Assembly (NCBI GenBank): GCA_016748015.1
Contig: JAAOMT010000627.1
Coordinates: 248,001-312,000, forward strand
Reading direction: 5' to 3'
From: Geosiphon pyriformis uo1
Taxonomy: Eukaryota > Fungi > Glomeromycota
Length of the DNA stretch: 64,000 nt
In this document: in pieces, positions 25,500 to 39,581 of the stretch
How the letters are laid out: each line of letters opens with the position of its first letter
Numbering within the stretch: the first letter of the stretch is position 1
Position numbers and translations under genes: made by a program
Notes under the pieces: generated by a model
What the model was told of the DNA's origin: nothing
The model's database searches: none
What the model saw: the letters and a program-made list of their open reading frames with translations, nothing else

Positions 25500-27378
25500 C
25501 AACTTAATACAATTTTAAAAGAGTTTAAAAAATTATTAATTATATTTTTATTAATAAATTTTTGTTAACTGCTATTATTAAATATTATATATATAAAGTT
25601 TTTAATTTTTTTAATATTAATTATAAAATTATTTTTGTTTTTATTAAATATATATTTTAATATATTATATAAATAAATCAATTTAAAAATGTTAATACAG
25701 ATAATAAAATTAATTTAATAATTTATAGCTAAAAAGTAATTTTAATATTATGTAAATTTTTTTACAAACTATTTTATACTTATTTATTAATAAAATTTTT
25801 AACAAGTTTTGGATTAAAAGTTTTGATAATAGTAAAAATAAACAGTTATTTAAATTACAAACTAAAAGTTTTAATATTTAAAATTATTAAAAAATTAAAA
25901 TTAAAATCAAATTTTAAGTTTAAATAACTTTTAAATATTTAGATAATAGTTAATAAAACTAATGTTTTTGTAATTTAAATTATATTAAATAATAATTCAA
26001 GTATTATTAATATATATTTTTTTATTTTATATATAAAAAAAAGATATAAAGTTTTTAAATATTACAGATATTTATACTTTTTTTTATAATTAAAGAAACA
26101 ATTTACAGATTAAACAAATATTTAAAAGATTTAAAAACATATATAACACCAAATTATTATAATATTTTCAAAGTTTATTAGAAATACCAAACAGATGAAT
26201 AGCTTTTTTATTAAAGAGCTTTTTAATTATATTTAATATTTTATTAACTAATTATTTTTATGACTTTAAAAAAAATATTATAAATATTAATACTATTACA
26301 AATTAAAAATACTATTTAAGACTGTTTTTTTTATTTAATTTTTTATAATATTGTTTATTTTAGATTTAATATTATCAAAAACTTAAAACTAATTCATTAT
26401 TTATAACCAAATAATTCAAAATTATTTTTTAAAATAAATATTTTAAAATATTTTTAATTATATAATTTTTATTGGTTGTAAAATTTTCTATTTGTTTAGA
26501 AATAACAAATTTGATTTTAATTTTTTTTATTTTTAATAATTTTACAAACTTAAATACATGATAAAATTTCTTTATATTATATAAAACAGAATAAATATTA
26601 TCAAAATTAATATTAATATTTAAGAAAACTTAAATATAATCAGTCTTATTATTATTAAAAAACTTTCAACAATTTATTAACAAATCAAACTTTGTATTTA
26701 GCTTAATTTGTAAAGCTTTAATAATTTTAGACACCAGAATTTTTAATTTGTATAATTTAAATAAAAGCTTAATAAAAACATTATTATATTTTTTATATTA
26801 TAATTTAGAAAAAACTTTATTTATTAAAAAATAAATTATTTTATAAATTATATTTTACATAGTATACAAATTCAAAAACCACTTTAAAATAACAAAATTA
26901 ATGTAAAATAACATAAAATTAGCCAATATAGTATTTTTAAATTAAAATTATTTAGTATTATTTATATTTTTAATATTAAACTTTTATTAATTTTTATTTG
27001 TCTGTTTACAAAAAAAATTCAACTACATATTTAAAAGTCTATTCAAATTAATAGAAACAAATACAGCTTAAAAATTAATACCAAAAAATTATCAACACTT
27101 ATTACATCTTAATTAATTATTATATTAATAAAATTAACAAAAACAAAAATAAAATTAATTGTCTTTTTTATATTTTTGAAATTTTTTTACATAATAGTCT
27201 TAACAGTCATGCTTTTTATCAAAAAATTAACTAAATTTAAATTTAAAAATTTCTTAAAACTAATATTTTTTTAAGATTTAAGTTTATTAAAATTACAAAA
27301 AAAAATTTATTAATAGTTTTAACAATTAGTGTATTAATATTTCTTATTTAGGCAAAATATATAATTATAATAGTATTA
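25500..27378 (-). pseudogene. Second fossil LINE ORF2 (APE to linker/RT start), very AT-eroded
   Basis: Minus strand gives INTLIVKTINKFFFVIL..ISFKKFLNLNLVNFL..KKTINFIFV, KLYKLKILVSKIIKAL and FGISNKL*KYY, matching LINE-3 ORF2 motifs. The left boundary is approximate. Confidence 0.7.
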
Positions 27379-27509
27379 ATATTGTTATTAACAGAAGAAT
27401 AAAAAACTTTTTTCTTTCTTTCATCCTAAATTCCAAAAAAAGAGTCAAAAAGTTTTTTTGAAAAAAGTTTTTTTACCATTTAGTATAATAAATCAAAACC
27501 ATTTTTGCT

Positions 27510-29326
27510 TAATTATGAAACCACTATTGGCTGTAGTATTGCTGTTATAAAGAAAGTTGTTAAAAGCTCTGGTTTTGATGCTAATAGCAGGAATGTTGTT
27601 TCTAAGAAAAAAAAAAGAGTGGTGTATTAAAGAATAATACTGTTTATGGTGTGATTTCTACTAAAGAGATGGTTAAAAGTTCTTGGAATTCTAAGACTGG
27701 AAATACAACAGAATCTGATAGTATTGATATGGAGGAAGAGTTTCTAATAAAAAAAAGCAGTGTGAATTATGGTGAAAAGAATGTGTTCATTGAAAGTAAT
27801 TCTGGTCAGATGCCAAAAGAACTGAGATTGGTAATAAAAAAAGCTTTGAAGACATTTTTAGAAAAGATAAATTTTTTGGTTAATAATAATAATAATATTT
27901 TTTTGAATACTCCTGTGGTCTTTCTCTCTTCTTTGAAAAATTTGGTCAATATATCTATCAAAAAGTTATTTGGTTTAGATATTGAGCTTAATAAAATTGC
28001 TAGAAAATTTTTTCAAATAAATTAAATTTTGTCAAAAAATTCTTTTCTGGTATAATTGGTTTTGGAAGGCCTCTATTTTTTCAAAATTTGGTGGAATCAT
28101 TTAGGCTTCTTTTACCTCTAAAAAAGCAATGATAGATGTAACTAAACTAGAATATTATGATAAACACCAATCTTAAACACCTTGTTAACAATCATATAAA
28201 TTAAACAATTATGTTGAAAAAAATTCCAGTAAGAACATTTGTTAAGGCTGTACATACTACTATATCTGAATTTGGCATTATTAAATTAATTAAGATACAA
28301 CTAATAGGTCTGTAACAGAAAGCAATCATCAAATTAAAAGATCAGAATTAGGCTGATTTTTTGGCTTTTAAATGGTTTATTATCATTGGAAAAGATGTTG
28401 TTTGGGTAGCCAGAGCTGATTTCAATAACCAAACATGGGACTCCAAAGATGAGTTTAAGGCTTTGCTCTATACACTTCTAATAAGAATAACTGTTCATAA
28501 TATTTGGAAATTTATTGGCTCTGTTAGTAAAAAAACTTGTGTTATTAATTGTAATTCTGTTAATTACATCTGTGCTTACTATATCACTGTGTGTTTTGGC
28601 TTTGAGTTGGACATGGCCAATGTAATAGCTGTAACTCCTGTTATAAAAAGAGTTGGTTTCTGTTGGTTGCATTTATTTTTGGCTGTATGTTCTGTTTGTA
28701 AGATTTCAGGTTATACATTTCTTATTTGCAAATCAGAAAGGGTGTCATTAACTCTAAAGAGCAAAAAGACTCCCTTTTTAGCTTGAAATCAATTCAGATT
28801 GGCTAAGATTTATGAAAAAAAGTCTGCACTCATTCTCTATTCTTTAGTTTTTGGTGATAAAACTTAGACATCAGTAGTAAACACTCCCTTTATGAACATA
28901 TTTCTTGGTAATAAACCATGTCTTGGTTCCATTAATGATGGTAAATCTCCTTTTTCTGTTGTAAATAAATTGGAAATATGTTTGGTCAGTATTAAGAACA
29001 GTTTTGCCAGCCTTGTAAAACAAATTGATGAGTTGATTAAGAGATTAAAATTATTTGTGCTGGCAGTTTTCTAGCCTAGTCTTGGATGTCAGCTGCTGAT
29101 AACCCCTTTATTACAGAATCATATAGGTAATGTAGTAATAAGAAAAGACTCAAATAAAGCCACTGGTGGCAAGACTGCTATAGTTTTGGGCTCATTTGTT
29201 TCTTCTGAGATTGTTAAATTAGAAAACATGTTGGAAGATTTTTTTGCTTTGGTGCTGAGTTTGTTGACACACTTTGATAGTTTGGTTTTAACTGGTGGTG
29301 CACTTCCCATATCTCTTTCTTAATAA
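27510..29326 (+). pseudogene. LINE-3 ORF1 remnant
   Basis: WFIIIGKDVVWVARA..FKALLYTL..CSVCKISGYTFLIC, homologous to LINE-2 ORF1; start approximate. Confidence 0.8.
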
Positions 29327-29580
29327 GTTGTTTAGTTTGAAAGATTGCCATGTGTAATATTAAAAATATAAACAATTCTGTTAAGCAAAAAGATATTATC
29401 TATTGGCACAAAAATATGAACAATTTGGTTTCCATTATTACTAAAACAAAATTGAGGAATAAGATTCATTTATAAATTATGAATAGGTATAATAGTATTC
29501 ATGTGTTTACTTCTGGTTTGGAGTTTGGTTACCTGGGCTCTGGTATTATTGTTATAATAAACATTGGTTTGGCTAAACAT

Positions 29581-30364
29581 TGTTACTCATAAAATAAAAA
29601 CAGATATAGAAAATAACAGACCAATAAGAGAATAGTATTTAGCACATGAGCATATTGCTCAGCAATGTGGAGCAATGTCAGAAATCATGGCACATTGCTC
29701 AAGAAATCATAGCACATTACTCAGAAATATGAGCAATTTCGTAGGACATCAATTATGTATATATAGCAGTAGCATTAGAAGTAGAAAAAAAGAATCTTTT
29801 AGTTAGAAATCTCCCATTCACAAATATTGGATAAATAAATTATTTACCATCCAAATCCACTCTTCACTATCAACACTCTATGTTGATAGCAATTGATACT
29901 TAACTACACTGGAACAATAGCTCTTAATCATGGCTATTGATAGATCCTAACTTGCCCATTGCTTTGGCTCATTTCTTTATATTATTTCTTTGATTTTCTT
30001 GTCTTAATTGTTGTTATTACTAACTCTATTAAGAATTCACACATGGAATACTGACGTCAGGATATAGCACTGGTAAAAGACCCAGAAATAAGGGTAGAAT
30101 TATATATATTAATGGATAGCTTATTAAGAGAAACACCAGCCATCACACTGAGAAAAAAATTAACAAAACTGCGGTTTTGGGAAGCTACAAATAAAACTAT
30201 TACCACTGAATCTCTGTTTATTATACAAAGAACTCCACAACAAAATCTTCAGATAACACACCTTTAGATAAACACATCTTCAGATTTCTATCATCAACAA
30301 CAGCCTTAAGCACCAAGTTACGAATTTGTTATTTATTCCAACAACCAAGAAATTACCTGTAACA
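29581..30364 (+). repeat. Gypsy B 5' LTR
   Basis: Direct repeat of 38798-39581; CACATTGCTCA-type U3 repeats followed by TATATATA. Confidence 0.95.
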
Positions 30365-30424
30365 TTTGGTGCTCCCTGTGAGATATAATCTTACAGAGAA
30401 CCAGCATCAACAAATAAATCAATA

Positions 30425-33400
30425 GTGGCAGAATCAGAAAGTATAGGAGCAAACCATTTAGGATTTGCAAAATCCTTATTTCAACACTACTGTTAACACT
30501 TGGGATTAAATCACAATTAGATATTAGCAGAATCAGCCTTCAATTTCTACATTAACAAAAAAATTATCTATTTGTTAGAAACACCAGTAAACACTGAATT
30601 AGCAAAAGAAACTTTTTACCACAAATTAATCCAAAACATCAGCTTACCAACAAATTATAATTTTGCATCTATCATCACTGAGATTAATAAAGAAATTGAA
30701 CATCATACACAACAAAGATACCCAATTACTTATGCTAGTAAAGGCCAAGGAAAATTACAAACACTGGCAGTAACACCTCAATGGATCCAACCACCCACTT
30801 GAAAAAAACACAGAATTGAATCACCTACAAATCTATTATATTATTATACTCCTGAAAATGCCATCAATATCGCATTAGCAGGTGTGTTTACATCAAACGT
30901 AACATCAACATTTAGACAATTTTCATTCCAAAGTAAACAAAGAAAAGAAGATCTATTAGGACCATACGGCACATACTTTAAAGGATTCAAATTGAGATCA
31001 CCAATACCATCAAGAGTTCAATCACCACCACTTCAACCAGACTTTGGAATTACTGATTCATGGGAATCAACCGAATTGGAAAAAAAACAAGAAGAAAAAG
31101 AGGAAAAAGAATCTGAAAATCAAGAATTCACTTACCAGAACCCAATTACTGAGAATCTGGATATAAAAACCCCGAATTTTCAGACTCAGCAAAATCAAAA
31201 TCTAGAAAATCCAGAAATCGAAACTCCACCAAATCAGAATAACCAAAACCCCGATTTAATTAATCAACAAAACTTACCTCTGAATATTGTCATCAATTAG
31301 CCACCAATTGAACCAATTCAACAGCAGCAAATATCTCTTTAACAGTCATCACTACAGCAACTTATCCAACAACTGGTTCAGCAACCACAACAACCGCTTT
31401 AACCACCAATACAACAACAGCAACCGATCACACCAATGGCTTTTGCACCAATCGCAAAACTTGAGAAGTTTATCAGTGAAGAGGACGATGCCCAGGCATA
31501 GATCAATAACATCACCAAAGTCATCACTGCAAACAATTGGGATGATGCAAGAACAATACAAGTCATCCCATATTTCCTAAAAGATACTACCAACTCATGG
31601 TATCATAGCTTGGCCCAGAAACCCCAAAATTTTAATGCATTTAAAACAGAATTCTTAAGATATTTCAGTGATAATAACAGCATCAACCGTCTGGCAAGTA
31701 CTTTCACCACCCTAAAACAAAGGAACACAGAAGAGTCACCACTTACTTGGAATGCTTTTACAGAAATCTGCACCAAATTCAAGCTATCCAAGCTGATTAC
31801 TTTACAGTGCCACAAATCTTAAATTAGTTCATTAGAGGCTTACGCAGCAGCATACTCCAACAAGTATGTTCAATGCATCCAATAGATCTTCCTATTGCAG
31901 TTACTCATGCTAGAGATTTTGAAGCTGCTGAGTTAAAAGCCAATCATGCCCAAGCTGTGAATTTAGTAATGAATAGATCATCTGACTTGGATTCTAAACT
32001 GAAACAATTTAGTGATTTTATTAATCAGAAATTAAAGGGATACTTAGCTGACAATTACCCAATTTATCAGTCTCTTTAATAATGTAATAATCAGAAAAAT
32101 GCAAATTATTTCCAAAATCAGTTACATTCATCATCATCAACAAATCAGCTGTGTTAACAAGAAATGCGAATCTGCCACAACTGTGGTAAACAAGGTCATA
32201 TTAGAGCCAATTGCTGTGCTTATAGTAACCCATAATTGGAAAATCAATATCGGAATTCTGATCACTGATTCCCAACTCTGAATCATTATTCGAATCAAAA
32301 TCAATATCAATTTGCTTACCTGCCAATGATGCTGCCAATTTATCAAACACTGGTATATCAACCTCAAATATATCAACTACAGTTATCTGTAATATATCAA
32401 CCACAGCCACAAATAGTCTATTAACCACAACAATCAATTCAAACACCACTCCAAAACCCATTTATGATAACATCTGAAAACTCCAGATCCAGAGTAACCC
32501 AAAACTAGAGATTGGCAATGGTGGTTTACCAACTAATCTCCAATTCATCAAATCAATTATTAGGATCATGCCAGCAGAGTTCAGGAACTGGGTATAACCA
32601 AAACCCAAGTTCCCAGAACTACTTAAGTCTTCTGGTTATTCCAAAAGATGCTGCATCCAGCAAACAGGAAACCAACCAAAAGCCACTTATCCACAACATT
32701 CTACCAGCCACCAGCACCAAAGACGAATTACTTGCTGCCATATTGTCATTTGAACTTGAGGAAATCACATCAGTTCCATTATTCAGTGGAACTGCTTTGG
32801 ATACCAAACCAATAACTGTGATATATACTGATGCTAAAGTCGATAGTCAGTATATCAAACTGATCCTGGATAGTGGATCAGCTGGCAGCATTATCACCAA
32901 ACAACTTATGAATCAATTAGGTCACTGAGTTAACAGAGCTGCCAGTGCAAGAATTATCACAGCTGATGGAGCAACCAAAACTTCTATTGGCGAGATTAAC
33001 AACTTCTCTTTTGAAGTCAACAGCATCATAGTTCCTATCAAAGTTTTGGTAATAGAAACCACTCAATACCAAGCACTAGTTGGTAATAACTGGCTTACTA
33101 AAACAAATACCATACTGGATTGGACAATGCAAAAGCTCCAACTCAGCCAAAATAGTCAACATACACATGTACCAGCCACATGCAGCCACTTCAAGACCAT
33201 CAACACACCAGCACCACTCATCAAGTTTGAGGAAGAAGAGAAAAAACCTACCTGGAAAGCCTATCAAGTCTTGTGGATTCATAACGACCATAATGAACTG
33301 CCACCAATACTCTCGTGGGATGACAACACCAAAGAAAAGCAAAGAGAAGAACTTACCTGGGAAACTGATGACTTGAACTGGATAGACAACAACAAGAGCA

Positions 33401-36400
33401 AATCAACACCAAGCTGGGAATGGGAAGAGAACAGCAAAAGAAAAGAAAAAGTGAAAGAAAAAGAGTTACTACCAACCAACAATTATACCCCTCATAAATA
33501 TACACCACCACAACCCACTAACTATTGTTAACCAAAGCTTATATGCATCAATTGTAACAAAAAATTGTTATCAATGGGTGCATGCTGTGGTAATGACAAG
33601 GAATACTCAACAATGACCAAATTCTACTGCCAAGCATGTGTTCTAAAATGTTTTGAATGACCAAAACGAGTGGGAAAATGGGATAATACTTCATGTTTAG
33701 CTTGTGGAGAAACCCTTCTGGACAAAGAAATGTGGAACAACATTCCTGGGCATGGAGGAACATGCGATGAAACCTACTAGTATACAATCTTAATCAATAA
33801 CTGGGTATGCAAGGGAACACCAATCAACGATGTCTGGAAACAAGCATTGCAACAATTGGAAGAATACCTACACAATGAGCATGAACTTTGGAGAATAGCA
33901 AGTACAAAAGCAGAAGGTGTAACAATCAGCAAACTACTGGAAATAAAGAACAACTCTCTGTTGCTACCTGAACCTGAGTATGTCCAAATATTTGACATCT
34001 TTGGTGACATTGAAGATGATTCCAAGGAATTTCATGAGCACTACCAGAAATTAGCACTGACAAAAGAGGAACAGGAGCAGCAGCTAGCACAGCTAAACAC
34101 TTGATTATGTGATCACTGTTTAATTCCATGTGACTTTCAATATTGTAATGAGTGTGACCTCATTTACAACCCACTGATCTGCATGATCTACACAATTCCA
34201 GAAGAAGAAAAACCAATCAGCAGCTGCACATTGGAATTAGAATCAATTTTTAATCCTGACTCAAATCCCAACAATGATGATGACAAAAATAACAGTTTCA
34301 GTTCTGTTTAAAATAGCAATAACAATGACAATGATTTCAACTCAGATTCAAACTCCAATTCAAACTATAAACAATATATTGCACTCCCTGACCTCACCAA
34401 AGAGCAAAAACTAAAATGGTTCAGCGACAATAATGAAGGTATCATGCCAAAACGTGCACATGATACTGATGCAGAGTTTGATCTGAGATATTCTGAAAAA
34501 GATGCCATCAAATTGGAACCACATTTGTGCATTTGTATTGATCTGAAAATAGCACTGGAAATTCCAGCAACCACAATAATTCAACTAGCATCTAAGAGTA
34601 ATTTAACAAAAAGAAGAATTAATATCAGAGAAAAAATAATTGATACAGGATATGTGGGAAATATTATTGCTATGCTACAAAACAATTTAGAAAAGGCCTA
34701 TGTAATAGAGCCAAATGAAAAGATTGTGCAGGCAATATTCCTGCCTCTGGTCAAAATAGCTCAGTTAGTATCAATAGAAAATAGGGAAGAATTAAGAATA
34801 ACAGCAAGAGGGATACAGGAATTTGGATCAATGGATAGAGTAGATATACCAGTTAATATGGTAGAAGAAGAGATTATTGACAAGGAAAAAATTATCTCCA
34901 CCAGTTAACTAATTTCTATTCCATCATATGACCAGTATATGGTAGTCATAGAAAGAAAAGTGAAGGATCAGAACCAGATTTTTGAGGCAGAAGCAGCACA
35001 TTGTAAATCAAGAGAAATTGGATTCATCAATCTCCACATACCAGCCAGAAACTACAGTCACATCAAAATTTCTATTTACAACAATACCAGAAAAGTTATA
35101 GAGATACTAGAAGGAACTATCATAGGACATTTAACTATTAAAATAGAAGACCAACCACCAAACCCCATTCCAGATTTTCCACAGCTTTGTGAATATGTTG
35201 ACATCATATCACAAACAATATATGGACAAAATAAATGTTATTTGCTCCAACCAGAATAATTGGAACAAATAAACATGGGAAATCTAAACTCACTCCAATG
35301 TATACAGCTAAAGATATTACTCAACAAGTTCAATGACATTTTGCCAGTAAGAATGAATTCGGTAGAACTGATATTATCCAACACCAAATCAAAACTGGAG
35401 ATGCTATGCCAATAAAACAACAAGCATACAGAGTACCATCCACCAGCCATAAGATCATTTGTCAAGAAATCAACTAGATGCTTGACAACAGGTTAATTCA
35501 GCCATCAATAAGTCCATGGTCATTATCAGTAGTACTCATCTGGAAAAAGAATGAGAAAATCCATTTTTGCATGGACTACAGAAAGCTTAATAGAGTCATA
35601 TGTGGAGACAGCTATCCAACTCCACAGATTTAGGAATTATTCGATGCTTTTGGGGGAAACAAATGGTTCTCAACATTGGATTTAGATAGTGGTTATTGGC
35701 AAATAGCCATGGATCTAGTGGACAAAGAAAAAACTGCATTCACAACATGGGAGGGAAATTTTGAATTCAAAGTGATGCCATTTGGCTTAACAAATGTGCC
35801 AGCCACATTCCAATAACTAATGAAAATAGTATATACCAGCTTGTTATGGAAATCAGTAGTCATTTATTTAGATAACACCAATGTGTTTTCCAAAACATTT
35901 GATGATTATTTGCATCATCTATAACAATTGTTCAAAAGACTACGATGAGCAGAGCTAAAGTTAAATGCCAATAAGTGTTTCTTTGACAAGACAGAATTAA
36001 ACTTTTTAGGGCACATAGTAAGCAAAGATGGCATTAAAATGGATCCAGAAAAGATAAAGATAGTTAAGAACTTTCCAGTACCAACCAATATAACAGAGTT
36101 AAAATTATTTTTGGGATTTGCAGGCTATTATTGACACTTCATCAAAAACTTTTCCAAGATAGCCCAACCACTCAATCATCTCCAAACCAAAAATGTAAAA
36201 TATGAATGGACAGAAGCACAACAAGAAGCTTTTGATATTCTAAGAAGAAAGCTTATACAAGCTCCAGTACTGATCTATCCAGATTACAATAAACCATTTA
36301 TCATTACCACTGATGCATCAGGCCAAGCATTGGGAGCAGTATTATCACAGAGAAAACTGGATGAAAGAAAACATCCAGTTGTATATGCCAGCTGAAAGAA

Positions 36401-36651
36401 ATTATGGAACACCAGAATTAGAACATTTAGCAATTTATTGGGCAGTTATGAAATGGAGTGAATACTTGAGCCAGAAGTTTGATGTATACACAGACCACAA
36501 GGGATTAACAGCACTTCATAAACAGGAATTTGAAAATGGAAGACAATCAAGATAGAAAATAGTACTATCACTATATACTTACACTATACATTATAAAAAG
36601 GAAAAAGACAATGGAAATGCTGATAGTTTGTCGTGAATGAGACAAATCTAA
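30425..36651 (+). pseudogene. Gypsy B gag-PR-CysRich-dUTPase-RT-RNaseH (interrupted)
   Basis: GTG start; CHNCGKQGHIRANC; LILDSGSAGS; PKRAHDTDAEFDL..IDTGYVG..RGIQEFGS; YLDN; TTDASG; ends LS*MRQI*. Confidence 0.9.
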
Positions 36652-36712
36652 AAACATCTCAACCCAAAAATATAACAAAACCAGAACAAATCCAATGAAA
36701 ATATAACAAAAA

Positions 36713-38089
36713 ATGAACATACAAAAATATCAACAACTACAACATTATATAAAGACCCAATTGTTCAAGGAAAAATTATCTCAAAAGAAACAAAACAACA
36801 TAAAACAACAATCAAAATATTTTATCAATCATCAAAATATACTTTACCAGAAAAACAAAAGAAATTCAGATTAACCAACCAGAGTAATCACAGAACCAGA
36901 GAAAGAGACAATATTATTCAATATGCACTCAGATCCAACAGCAGGACATTTTCATAAAGAAGTGACTATAAAAAGAATCAGAAAAAGATATTATTGGCCA
37001 TCAATGTATCCAGACATTATTCAATATGTTCAAAATTGTGATGCTTATCAAAGAAGAGGAGGAACAAGACCCAGTGAATCATTAAGACCAATCAAAGTGG
37101 GACAACCATTTGAGCGCATTAGAATTGACTTAGTCAGACCACTAACAATTACCAGCAGAGGCAACAGATATATCACAGTAGTTATGGACTATTTCACAAA
37201 ATGGCCAGAAGCAAAAGCCATTCAAAGAGCAGATGCAGAATCCATTGCTGAATTTGTTCATCAAGATTTGATTTGTTGACATGGATGTCCAAAAGAACTA
37301 TTATCAGATCAAGGAACTCACTTTGTGAACAGAACATTAGCAGAATTAAATCAGAGATTTGGAATCAAAAGACCATTATCATTATTATACCATCCACAAA
37401 CAAATGGGTTAGTTGAGAGATTTAACAGAACATTGTGTGAAGCAATCACCAAAATCAGTCAAAAAAATCAGAATAAATGGGATTTGTTTATACCATTAAT
37501 ATTATTTGCTTATCAGACAATAAAGCAAGACACTATACAAGCAACACCATTTGAATTAGTATATGATAGAACAGCAATATTACCAGTTAAGATAGAAGTC
37601 ACCACTTATCTAACAGAACCAATAACTGAAAACAATTTTCAGAAAACATTGCTAAAAAAAACATATGACTTAATGGAAACATTAGAAAATAAATGGCAAA
37701 AAGCAGCTGATAATATTCAGAAGGCACAAGAAAAACAGAAAGAAAGACATAATAATTAACTACCAAACAAACCAGTTGAATTCAAGATTGGAGACAAAGT
37801 ACTACTACATCATACCAAAGCAGAAAAACAATGGAATGGAAAATTCAACCCCAAATAAGACGGACTATTTCACATAGAAAAAATTCTTAGAAATAGAGCT
37901 TATAAATTAAGATGGGACAACAAAATCTTAGCCAAAGCAGCACATGGTGATTGACTAAAACCATATTACCAAATAGTATTATCATTTACCAATAATATTC
38001 CACAATTAGGAGTACAACAAATATTAGTCCAACCAGATAATATTCCACGAGATCTGAAACCAATCATAATCATTGAATCAAACATGTAA
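36713..38089 (+). pseudogene. Gypsy B integrase (separate ORF)
   Basis: ATG MNIQKYQQL; HSDPTAGHF..CDAY; IDLVRPL; SDQGTHF; NGLVERFN; no chromodomain. Confidence 0.9.
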
Positions 38090-38148
38090 AATCAAACAAT
38101 AAAAGAGTATATAAAAACACAGTATATGCTACAAAAGCAACTAAAAAA

Positions 38149-38784
38149 ATAGAAATACCAGATCATATTCACATCATAGCTTAACAATTATTTCAGGTCT
38201 TAAGTTAACAACCTTTAGACTTAGAAATTATCATTAACAACCAAACAATTTGCTATTGAAACACCAAAAAAAAGACAAAGAATACATCATATCAGTGATT
38301 ACCAAATAATAATAAAAACTGGACAGATAACTTAATAGAAAAAGTGAAAAACACTTTTAAGAAAATACCTATTATGGCACCAACAGAAGAGCTTACAAAA
38401 AAAAATTGGAAGCAATGAACAGAATGACTTCCAATATCATATTGCTATTACCAGTTAGGTCGAAAGTTGAATATTCAGGAGTTGTATATTGACAAATCCA
38501 AGAGAATATTCAACCAAGACATGATACAACAAATTGAAAAATTTATTAAAAAGAAAACTAATTCAACACTATATATTAAAACAATGTACCGACTACACAA
38601 CATATTTCAGAACTATCTAGAAATACTGTTATACTCTGACATGGAAACCATAACCATTAACCAATGGGAAAGAATAAACAATACACAAGTAAAAGATGTG
38701 AAAAACAGAGTTGAATAAACAATACTTGAAAAAAAAATATTAAAATTAATTCAAAATGAAGATTTTAATGGAGCTCAATATTAA
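38149..38784 (+). pseudogene. Gypsy B ORF3 remnant
   Basis: (ATA)EIPDHIHIIA*QL..DLEIIIN..YCYYQLGRKL..KTMYRLHNIFQNY..FNGAQY*. Confidence 0.72.
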
Positions 38785-38797
38785 AAGGAAGAGATAA

Positions 38798-39581
38798 TGT
38801 TACTCATAAAAAGAAAACAGATATAGAAAATAGCAGACCAATGAGAGAATAGTATTTAGCATGTGAGCACATTGCTCAGCAATATGGAGCAATGTCAGAA
38901 ATCATGGCACATTGCTCAAGAAATTATAACACATTGTTCAGAAATGTCAGTGATCTTGTAAAACATCAATTATGTATATATAGTGGTAGCATTAGAAATA
39001 GAAAAAAAGAATCTTTTAGTTAGAAATCTCCCATTTACAAATATTGGATAAATAAATTATTTATCATCCAAATTCACTTTTCACTATCAACATTCTATGT
39101 TGATAACAATTGATACTTAATCACATTGGAACAATAGCTCTTGATCATGGCTATTGACAGATCCTAACTTGTGCATTGCTTTGGCTCATTTCTTTATATT
39201 ATTTCTTTGATTTTCTTGTCTTAATTGTTGTTATTACTAACTCTATTGAGGATTCATGTACAGGGTACTGACGTCAGGATATAGCACTGGTAAAAGACCC
39301 AGAAATAAGAGTAGAATTATATATATTAATGAATAGCTTATCAAGAGAAACACTAGTCATTATGCTAAGAAAAAAATTAACAAAACTGTGGTTTCGAGAA
39401 GCTACAAATAAAACTATTACCACTGAATCTCTGTCCATTATACAAAAAACTCCACAACAAAACCTTCAGATAACACACCTTCAGATAAACACATCTTCAG
39501 ATTTCCATTATCAACAACAGTCTTAAGCACCAAGTTATGGGTTTGTTATTTATTCCAATAACCAAAAAATTACCTGTAACA
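38798..39581 (+). repeat. Gypsy B 3' LTR
   Basis: Direct repeat of 29581-30364. Confidence 0.95.

Larger units (their letters stand above)
29581..39581 (+). mobile_element. Gypsy B: Ty3/Gypsy LTR retrotransposon in the LINE-3 APE domain
   Basis: 784-bp LTRs TGTTAC..GTAACA; TSD ACAT/ATAT (29577-29580, 39582-39585); PBS TGGTGCTCCCTGTGAG at 30367; PPT at 38783-38795. Confidence 0.95.

Noticed and set aside
24915-27380. AT-rich blocks as centromere, origin, organellar insertion or satellite
   Set aside because: There is no tandem periodicity, and they translate into eroded LINE motifs.
29577-29580. Idea that all LTR target sites were originally N-CG-N
   Set aside because: ACAT at the B site encodes the His of the LINE motif HV(C/S)K, also present in LINE-2, so it need not derive from ACGT. 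Only TCGG shows the CpG directly.
34255-34375. Asn/Asp/Ser-rich tract in Gypsy B as a separate domain or repeat array
   Set aside because: It is a low-complexity linker found only in B; the other copies have short acidic linkers at this position.
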